Shown: positions 12,801-22,249 of the stretch, piece after piece | Numbering within the stretch: the stretch's first letter is position 1 | Layout of the letters: each line of letters begins with the position of its first letter | NCBI GenBank assembly: GCA_030141605.1 | Contig: JAQGDQ010001377.1 | Location: 1 to 43,863, forward strand | Length of the DNA stretch: 43,863 nt | Source: Tubiluchus corallicola | Taxonomy: Eukaryota; Animalia; Priapulida | Reading direction: 5' to 3' | Position numbers and translations under genes: made by a program | Notes under the pieces: generated by a model | Told to the model about the DNA's origin: nothing | Database searches by the model: none | What the model saw: only the letters and a program-made list of their open reading frames with translations

Positions 12801-15800
12801 GTATGTGCAACCCCAATGTTGTCTGCTTGCCAAACCGAATTAACAATATTTAATTTCAGAATGCAAAATATAACTAAAGACTTATCAGAAATCTACCGAC
12901 CACTCTGCCTGAAGAATGGAGACTACAATCCTTTACAAACTCATAAAAATTTCTCTTGGTGTGTTACAGAAGATGGAGTACCAGTACCTGGTACAAAAAG
13001 GTCACCAGGTTTGTTACCATTTGACTGTGCTGCTTTAGTGGAAAAACCTGGAATTTGTCATGGATTTGTAAATTATAGTACTGTTAGCTGTCCTAAATAT
13101 TCTTGTGCAACTGATGTCGATTGTCCAGCAGAAGAAAAATGCTGTAGTACTGAGCATTGTGGAAAAGTTTGCCACACATCTTTATTAAGTATTAACAAAC
13201 CAGGAGTGTGCCAGCCTCCAGATTATTTCGATGGAAAGAAGTGCCCACCTCAGCCATGCACAAATGATATTTATTGCAAAGATAGCAAAAAGTGTTGCCA
13301 GTTTTTTGCTTGTGGACGAGTTTGCTTTGACCCCATCACAGTTGTGAGCAAACCTGGTACTTGCCATGTGTTTGAAAAGTTGAAAGGTAAAGATTGTCCA
13401 AAGCAGCAATGCAGCAGTGACTTTGACTGTCCATCGTCTATGAAATGTTGCAATTTTGAGGGATGTGGACACGTCTGTTATGCAGCCAGCATGGTCAGAA
13501 GCACACCAGGTATTTGTTCTAATATCAAAACCTTTGCGGAGTGTCCACTGCTGTTGTGCAAAAATGATTTTGATTGTTCAGCTGGAGAAAAGTGTTGTCA
13601 TTCTGATGAATGTGGAAATGTTTGCTCTGTCCCCATACTGTCTTTAAACAATCCAGGTATCTGCCCAGATTTTAATACATTTCATGCTAATAGTTGTCCT
13701 TCACGAACTTGCCAAAACGACATCGATTGCAAATTTTCAGAGAAGTGCTGCCTATTTAATCGTTGTGGCACTGTTTGCTGCACTCCTATATTATCTGGTA
13801 TAAAAGAAGGAGTTTGTCCCGTGAAAATTCCTAATGATGACTGTTTTAGCCAGCCATGTCAGAATGATGTTGATTGCTTTGGTAGGCTAAAATGCTGCAA
13901 TATATTATCATGCGGGAAAATATGTGTACAACCAGCAAGATTTGGGCTGGACGAATGTCATTTTAAAGAAAAAGGCTGCCCAAAAAAGTGCATTTATGGA
14001 TATCAAATTCATAATGAAACTCTGTGTCCTACTTGTAGCTGTAATGATTCTCCTTGTAAAAGGATAAAATGTCATAGGTCACAGGTGTGTAGCGTTGTAG
14101 ATATGGACTGTGGTTATAATTATTGTTCAAAACTTCCAAAATGTTTTGATGCTCCAACTAAACCTGGAACATGTCTAAACACCTACAGCCTCCCCAGGAG
14201 TGATTCTCTGCATCAGCCTTGTAACAATGATAAAAGCTGCCAAGCAGAAGAAAAGTGCTGCTACTTTGAAAATTCTGGATGGATTTGCGTTACTCCTACG
14301 TTAACGGCATGCGAAGTTGATCGAGCTAGTGCTCTTTACAAGTTGTCAAGTACTGGAAAAACAAGTGAAATGTATATCCCACAGTGTGATAATAATGGCA
14401 TGTATAGCCAAATTCAAATAGATGACAATACTGGTTATTTCTGGTGCGTAACTTTAAAGGGAGAGCCAATTCCTGGGACAAAAAAGAGTCTAGTATCGTC
14501 GTCTCCTAACTGTGCTGCAATAACACCCAAAAATGGCTTTTGCTACAGTTTTCAAGATATTGATCTTACTAACTGTTCATACCAGTGTAACAACGATGGT
14601 GATTGTCCAATGAATGATAAATGTTGTTGGAATGATGAATGTGGGAATGTGTGTTCTAGTCCCCTACTCAATGTGAACAAACCTGGCATTTGTTTGGCTC
14701 CTCACTATTATGAAAAAACTGACTGTCCATTGCAGACCTGCATTAATGATATCGATTGTCCAAATTTGCAAAAATGTTGTAGATTCAGAGAGTGTGAATG
14801 GGTTTGCTCGTCTCCTTTAATAATAACTGCGAACAAACCTGGTATATGCTACAATGTAAAGAATGTGGATATTGTAATATGCCCACCTCAGTCTTGCAGC
14901 AGTGATACCGAGTGCCCACAAAAAGAAAAATGCTGTTGGCTCAAACACTGTGGCTTCGTTTGCTTAGACCCCATACCAAATGATCCTAAACCCGGAGTTT
15001 GTCACAATTTTGAAAAACTTAGAGACAGTGAATGTCCAAGCAAATTTTGCAAAGTTGACAGTGATTGCCCAGATGACGAAAAGTGTTGTTCTTTTATTGG
15101 CTGCGGAAATGTTTGTTTCAAGTCAATTCTCTCAGTCAACAAGCGAGGAATTTGTCCTCAGTCATTCAAATATCAAAAATCGTCTTGCCCATCTCAGTTT
15201 TGTTACAATGACATTGAATGTCCATTGGAGGAGAAGTGCTGCAATATTGGTGATTGTGGGACTGTCTGTGTGATGCCTATTGTATCGATAGTAAAGTCAG
15301 GACTTTGTCCAAATTCATCTGGCGATAGAAGTTGTTCAAATAATTCTTGTAGCAATGATGTAGATTGCCCTGACAAACAGAAATGTTGTCATTTTGATTT
15401 TTGTGGTATGGTATGTACTGATCCTGAATATAATACTTCATTGACCTGTGATGTTAACCTAGATGACTGTCCGCTTTCATGTATTTATGGGTACGCTGTG
15501 AACAATATTACTCTTTGTGCAACCTGCCAATGTAAGCCTTCGCCATGTGAAGGAATCAAATGTCCTCCATCACAAGAATGTAGGACAATTGACTTTCCGG
15601 AGTGTGGAATGGCTTTTTGTCCAAAGCTTGGTAAGTGCATGCCTACCACCATGCAAGTGATAGATACAAAAAACTTATTAGAAATTAAAGGAATTTGTCA
15701 AGATTTTAGAGCATTTGAAGGCAAGCTGTGTCCCAGAAATAAATGTGATAAAGACATTGATTGTGGACCTGCAAGAAAATGTTGTAATTTTAGCTCATGT

Positions 15801-18674
15801 GGGATGGTATGTCAGGTTACTGTGTTAACAGCGTGCTTAATAGAACAATCAAATGTTGATCTGAAATCACAATACCAAGATCAGTTTACTGCCAATGTTT
15901 ACCGACCTCAATGTTCCAGTACTGGCTATTATAATGCAATGCAGTTTTACCAAGGCTACTCTTGGTGTGTGACAGCAGAGGGTTATCCAATTCCAGGAAC
16001 CAAGCAGCTAGCAGACTCACCGTCCTTTGATTGTGAAGCAACAAGAAGCAAAACTGGGGTCTGTTATAATTCTGATACATTTACTCAACGAGATGGGTGT
16101 CCAGTACAGTCATGCCAGACAAACAGTGATTGTTTGGGAGACCAAAAGTGCTGTTATTTTGATGTATGTGGCAATGTTTGTTTTACTCCTTTACTAAATA
16201 TTAATAAACCTGGACTGTGTCACCAACCAGGATACTTTAGTGCAGCACAGTGCCCATCTCAGTCATGCAGAAATGATATCAATTGTCCATCAAACCAGAA
16301 ATGTTGTCATTTTGTTGCATGTGGTAGTGTCTGTTCTACTCCAGTGTTAAGTTTGAATAATTTTGTTGTGTGCAATGATTCTGAGCTATGTGAAGTCGAG
16401 AAATCTGTAGGAAAGTCTTGTGTTTCACATGCTGAATGCTTTGGTGAGCAAAAGTGTTGTGATATTCAAATATGTGCAACAACGTGCAATAAAGCTACAC
16501 TTAATGTGAGTGAGCACAAAGGTTGTGATAAATCTAGCACAAATCTAAAGTGTTTTGGTGACCCATGTGATGCTGACGAGGAATGTCCAAAAGAGAAAAG
16601 ATGCTGTAGTTTCAAAACCTGTGGTTCTAATTGCCCTACTCCAATGTTATCACTAAATAAAGAAGGAGTTTGTCCTGCTTTTTTACACCCAGAAGAGAAG
16701 TTTTGTCCTAATAAATCATGCTATAACGATATTGACTGTCCTGCAGATAAAAAATGTTGTTATTTGGACACATGTGGCACTGTATGCTATAGCCCATTGA
16801 TGTTTGAACTAAAGCCTGGCATATGTATTGACAAAATTGGCTTAAGAAAGTGTCCTCTTCATAAATGTGTCAAAGATTCAGATTGTCAAGGATCAGAAAA
16901 ATGTTGTCCGTCTGCTCGATGTGGTAATGTGTGCTCAATTCCAATACTTGCGGGCTTGCAGTTATGTACTTACAATATAAAAGAGTGTAGTCTAATGTGT
17001 GACTTCGGATATGCAGTTGACGCTGAGACTCTTTGTCCTACTTGTAAGTGTAAACATTCTCCATGTGAAGGTGTCGTCTGTCCTGGTTCACAGGTTTGCA
17101 ATACAGTTATTATAAAGTGTGGAGACATTTCTTGTCCTGCGCTTGCAAGATGCGAAGACATTCAAAGAAACAAAGTAGGCACCTGTCCTGATTCTAATAA
17201 GCTGACATTGAATGAGTGCCCCAGATTATCATGTAACACTGATGTGGAATGTCCTGCAGAAGAAAAATGCTGTTCATCTAAATCATGTGGCCGAATTTGT
17301 TCCACACCAATATTTACCAAGTGCCAGGTTGAGCAGGCAAATAGTGACCACTTACTGTTAGAGTCACACCTACTAGATTACGTTCATCGACCGAAGTGTC
17401 TAAGCAATGGAGAATATAGTCCGTTCCAGTTTCATAACAGGGGTGGTTATGCTTGGTGTGTTACAAAACACGGTTATCCTATTCCCGGAACAAAACTGTC
17501 CACAGACTTTTTACAACCAACAATGTGTATAGAAGCTAGACGGAGTAATCGAATATGTCGGAATTCTATAGAATATTATTTTGATGAGTGTCAAGAACAT
17601 TTTTGCAGCCATGATAATGACTGCAATGAAACAGAACTGTGCTGCGAGAGTTTACATTGCGGGAACGTTTGCTCCATTCCTTTGCTCACTGGTCAAAGTT
17701 TATGCGTCTTTGATGAAACAAAGTGCCCCACGAAATGTATTTTTGGTTATTCAGTAGAGAGGACTACTCTTTGCCCTACTTGTAAATGTAAACCGTCTCC
17801 ATGTAAAACAATAAAGTGTCTGCCGTCACAGCAGTGTAAAGCCATCGATGTACAATGCAGATCTGGAGTGTGTCCAAAACTTGCAAAATGTTTTTTTGAG
17901 AAAGTAAGAAAGGTTGGAAGTTGCCCTAGTGAAGAAACGTTTACTGTTAAACAATGTCCTAAACATTTCTGTGACAATGACGGAGATTGCGTAGCAGAGA
18001 AAAAATGTTGTCATTTTATAAACTGTGGTTCTGTTTGCTCTGCTCCGCATTTAACTGCCTGCCAAGTGGAACAAGCAAACTTTGACATGCTGTCAGGAAC
18101 AGAGACACGAATTATGTCTGAAGAACTGTACCGGCCACAGTGTTTGAGTAATGGTGATTATCAGTCAGTGCAAATTAACTTACATAGTAAGCGATTGTGG
18201 TGTGTTACAAGCGAAGGGGAGAAAATTCCAGGTACAATGCAAACATCAGGTTCACCCTTCATTGGATGCTCCGTTGCTAGAGATGTTAACTGTAGCGTAA
18301 GCAGTGAATGTGAAGTCGAGTGCCTGCATGGGTATGAGAGTCATGCTGAAACTCTTTGTCCCATCTGTAACTGCAAAGCTTCTCCATGCGAACGTGTTGT
18401 TTGTCCAAAAAGCAACCAAAAGTGTATGCTAACAAGTGCAGATTGTGGTGCACAGGTAAAGAATTGTCCAAAACTTATCAAATGTGTTTCTTTAGAAGAT
18501 ATAGGAGCTTTTGCTGGTGGTGATACTGGAAAGGACACCGTAGAAGAGGAAGCTCCGTCTTTCAAAAAACTTGTATGGATTTATATCGCTATAATTGCTT
18601 GCTGGTTTGGAATTTTTTGCATTTTACAGAAAAAATGTATTAAGAGACGTCGCGATACTCAAGATTTTGATTAA
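6842..18674 (+). CDS. Giant terminal exon: EGF / thyroglobulin type-1 / WAP / antistasin-like multidomain single-pass membrane protein (putative multi-class protease inhibitor or matrix protein)
   Basis: 11,833 nt without an in-frame stop until TAA at 18672-18674; strong polypyrimidine tract and AG at 6840-6841 (the ORF-track TTG start at 6810 is intronic). Motifs: EGF C6; KPGxC...CxxDxxC...KCC...CGxVC (WAP); P.C...Q...WCV...G..IPGT (TY); C...C..GY......CPTCxC (antistasin-like); hydrophobic LVWIYIAIIACWFGIFCIL followed by QKKCIKRRR. Confidence 0.93.
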
Positions 18675-19822
18675 CTTTTTTCTGCTTATGAGACAAATAT
18701 GTGAAAACTGCGAGTTCACTTAATATTCAAAATTATGTAGACTTATCAAGTCCAAATTATATTATTTATTTTAAGCAACGATAATTTATTAGATTACGGG
18801 GGATTACAAGTCACGTCTTTCATATTAGAATCGTTTCGTGTCATGTATAAAGTGAAATAACTTGTATAGTTGTGTGATGTGTTTGAAAAACATTGATGGC
18901 TCATTGCTTAACAAAAGCACCTGTAGCTTTTACTCGATCAATTTAGGCTATTCGTAAGCAAAATTTTTTTTGTTTAGGATTTTATCAAGTTTATGTATAA
19001 ACTTTCATGTTTGTTTGTTTAAAATACAAATTGCAACATAAAATTTACAGACGTTTGTTTTGTGTGTTTTACACAGTATTAGAACAACAACTAAAAATTT
19101 TCTGAAGCAGCCCCCCCCCACTAAGTTTAGCGAGTCGCCATTGTTCCCATAGTTGATTCCGACCATCCGTTACGTTAATGTATTAGACACAGCACTGATA
19201 GATAACACTTTTATGATGTCACATTTCATGTCAAAAATTATTTATTTATTGAACGAGTTAAAAAACCATTTTATGTTGCACAAAATTTGCACATATTAGT
19301 ATAAAAATACGTCAAACTATAATAAAAGTTTTCAAAAAAGAGAAAGGATGAAGTTAAAACTTTTATTTTCCTTCCCTTTTTAGTTGTCATTATTCTATCC
19401 AAATCTAATTTTTTTGATCTTATTGTCTGTGATTATAGAGTATACATTATATTACACATTACATGTCAACACACACAGCGCGCACACTCGCGCGCGCACA
19501 CATTAAATTGCATAAACATACACTACACTATTTCACATATATTAAACTAAATAATACATATTAAATTATATTTTACTTTTAAAATTCTTTTATATCGAAA
19601 CTCACAAATTACATCATATAATAACACTACATCTAATATTACATATTATACTAAAAACTTATTACAGTACTTTTTAAAATTGTTCACTAATACAGTGTAT
19701 AGACAATTTTCTGTAGGACAGTATTTATAATAGAAGCTTTAATTTAGTTTACAATATACAGGTCAACAAAATAACAGACAGTTTTGCATCAATTTTGCAC
19801 CAAAGTGTGTCATTTGGATACA

Positions 19823-20190
19823 TACACTCAACCTTGAATATAAGGGACACCTCCGGAAAAAATCGTCCCTTATATCAGATGTCCCTTATAGCCGAAGTTG
19901 AGTCAGACCTAGGATGTATCTAGACCTGTACTTTTCTGTACTTTTACCCACATTTTTATGGATTATTGCTACACATTCAGTGCAAACGGTATGTAGGAAA
20001 CTCCTTCAGTGATGCGAGATGTATGTGACTGCGGAAACTGAGCTGTTCGAAGGCCGAGTTTGCGAAAAACTGAGGTTAAAAATCCATAGGGTCCCTTATA
20101 TGCGAAGTAATTTACCTGGGTTTGTTTACACAGGACCTGAAGATATCGTTCCTTATAACTGAAAGTCCCTTATAAGCGAGTACCTTATAC
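19823..20190. mobile_element. Non-autonomous DNA-transposon (MITE-like, possibly pogo/Tc1-mariner type) relic, copy A
   Basis: Starts TA-cactcaaccttgaatataagggac with many internal direct/inverted (c)ccttata repeats; no intact right TIR seen. Confidence 0.5.
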
Positions 20191-20416
20191 GTATTTTACA
20201 AAGACTATTGCTTTAGCAAATGAATATTTTTCTAGTCAAAATGAATACTCATATTTTTCCAATTCTAACTTCATAAATTGAACCTAAGCTGCAATGGTGG
20301 TTGGTTGTTCATTCGTTCGTTAGTCAGTGGGTAAGTCGGCGAGCCAGCCAGTTGGTTAATCAAGCAATCTACCGTAATTCACTCCATTAGCCAGTTAGTT
20401 TGCTAATTGGTAATCA

Positions 20417-20422
20417 TTTATT
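20417..20422 (-). promoter_or_regulatory. Candidate AATAAA polyadenylation signal of ZNF copy A (also 29821-29826 and 42619-42624)
   Basis: tttatt on + strand, about 180 nt past the ancestral stop, retained in all three copies; AT-rich context weakens it. Confidence 0.35.
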
Positions 20423-20541
20423 TTTTCTTTGTATCGTCTTTTGTTTATTTGCTCATAGATTTAAGTAATCCATGACTAACTGACTGACCAACAGCTTTTT
20501 TGCAACAGACGACTATCATGATTACATGATGGCATCTGTAA

Positions 20542-20600
20542 CATGTTGACTCATTGTAATACCTATGTTGACTGATTGTAATGTCTATGTTGACTCATGT
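20542..20600. repeat. 22-bp VNTR (atgttgactcattgtaatgtct), about 2.6 units
   Basis: Direct tandem repeat abutting the ancestral ZNF stop. Confidence 0.85.
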
Positions 20601-20682
20601 CTATGTGGCATGAGTGTTCATGTGCTTGAGAAGATGACCTCGCTGAGAAAATGATTTGTCACATAAGTCACATTTGTGGGCT
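20601..20682 (-). pseudogene. Orphaned terminal zinc finger of ZNF copy A, behind the premature stop
   Basis: Reads HKCDLCDKSFSQRGHLLKHMNTHAT*, same ending as copy B (HAT*), downstream of TGA at 20683-20685. Confidence 0.85.
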
Positions 20683-21561
20683 TCAAGATTTGTCACACAA
20701 GTCACATTTGTGGGGTTTCATTCCAGTATGAGTGTTTATGTGCTTGAGGAGACTACCTCGCTCGGAAAATGATTTCTCACATAAATCACATTTGTGGGGT
20801 TTCGTTCCAGTATGAGTGTTCATGTGCTTGAGAAGACTACCTCGCCGAGAAAATGATTTGTCACATAAGTCACATTTGTGGGGTTTCAATCCAGTATGAG
20901 TGTTCATGTGTGTGAGAAGAGTGCCTCGCTCAGAAAATGATTTGTCACATAAGTCACATCTGTGGGGTTTCATTCCAGTGTGAGTGTTCATGTGCGTAAG
21001 AAGACTACCTCGCACAGAAAATGATTTGTCACATAAGTCACATTTGTGGGGTTTCAATCCAGTGTGAGTATTCATGTGCCTGAGAAGATGACTTCGGACA
21101 GAAAATGATTTGTCACATAAATCACATTTGTTCGGTTTCATTCCAGTATGAGTGTTCATGTGTGTGAGAAGATCACCTCGCTGAGAGAATGATTTGTCAC
21201 ATATATCACATTTGTGGGGTTTCATTCCAGTATGAGTGTTCATGTGTGTGAGAAAATTACCTCGCCGAGAAAATGATTTGTCACATAAGTCACATTTGTG
21301 GGGTTTCATTCCAGTATGAGTGTTCATGTGACTGAGAAGATTATGCCTGAGAGAAAATGATTTGTCACATAAATCACATCTGTGGCGTTTCAATCCAGTA
21401 TGAATGTTCATGTGACTGAGAAGACTACCTCGCCAAGAAAATGATTTGTCACATAAATCACATTTGTGGGGTTTCATTCCAGTATGAGTGTTCATGTGAC
21501 TGAGAAGACTACCACACTGAGAAAATGATTTGTCACATAAGTCACATTTGTGGGGTTTCAT
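20683..21561 (-). CDS. Tandem C2H2 zinc-finger protein, copy A (10 complete fingers plus a truncated 11th)
   Basis: 28-aa repeats CDLCDKSFSxxxxLLxHMNTHTGMKPHK. Confidence 0.85.
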   Translation of the reverse strand: MKPHKCDLCDKSFSQCGSLLSHMNTHTGMKPHKCDLCDKSFSWRGSLLSHMNIHTGLKRHRCDLCDKSFSLRHNLLSHMNTHTGMKPHKCDLCDKSFSRRGNFLTHMNTHTGMKPHKCDICDKSFSQRGDLLTHMNTHTGMKPNKCDLCDKSFSVRSHLLRHMNTHTGLKPHKCDLCDKSFSVRGSLLTHMNTHTGMKPHRCDLCDKSFSERGTLLTHMNTHTGLKPHKCDLCDKSFSRRGSLLKHMNTHTGTKPHKCDLCEKSFSERGSLLKHINTHTGMKPHKCDLCDKS

Positions 21562-21732
21562 TCTTGTGTAATGTTCAGGTTTCTTACAAAGTATGCTTCA
21601 ATAGCAAAAATATTTCTTGTACTGACCACCACTGCAAGCTTTAAGTACGTTTATCCACAACTGCCGACACTCGGTTTCCTAAGACTGTAGATCACAGTTG
21701 CGAGACTTCAGTTCACATGCAGGAGGCGACAA

Positions 21733-21765
21733 CTATATTGGAAAGAAACCAAAAATAAAATTTAC
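21733..21765 (-). promoter_or_regulatory. Candidate splice acceptor opening the ZNF exon (copy B equivalent at 31211)
   Basis: Minus strand ttttatttttggtttctttccaatatag|ttgtc, conserved in copy B; following ~170 nt has stops in all three frames, so probably 5' UTR. Confidence 0.45.
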
Positions 21766-22249
21766 AGTTAATAATGCAGCATCCATATTGAGCGTGCTAT
21801 TATTACAGTAAACTCCACATAACTCATGATCAAATAACTAAAATTTTCACCTAACTCAAAGAATTTCAGCAGAAAGGATGAAATCCTTCATTTTTCCCGC
21901 AAAAAACATCAATTAACTCAAATTTTCGCCTAACTCAAATAAAAAAATTATGGTCCATTTAATCAAAAAACATGTAAACTTACTTCTCCTAACTAAAAAA
22001 CGCAATTTATGCTAAAAAAATGAAAAAGTTTTGTACAACTCAAAAACAGAATCGTCTTCCGGGAAAATTCTGATGTTTTACAAGTCGTGCCTCCCCCCCA
22101 ATTATTTTCTCCGCGATAGATCTTTGCGTGTGGGTGTATGTGTCGTTTTGCAACATAAAAAATCGTGTTTCACTACATAATTTATTATTTTTTATATAAT
22201 TGTCGTCAGACGTCGTTGTTTATGTTTAGAAGGGTCGACTTTCTGTCTT

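Noticed and set aside
7015-18565. Short alternative-frame and antisense ORFs inside the giant exon
   Set aside because: Shadows of the main frame with no recognisable motifs
19467-19502. CA/CG alternating tract (also 28907-28940) as a Z-DNA element
   Set aside because: Short, interrupted and degraded in unit C
21820-22045. Scattered taactcaaa repeats upstream of the ZNF exon (also 31299-31522)
   Set aside because: Probably an old repeat fragment; no clear period or termini
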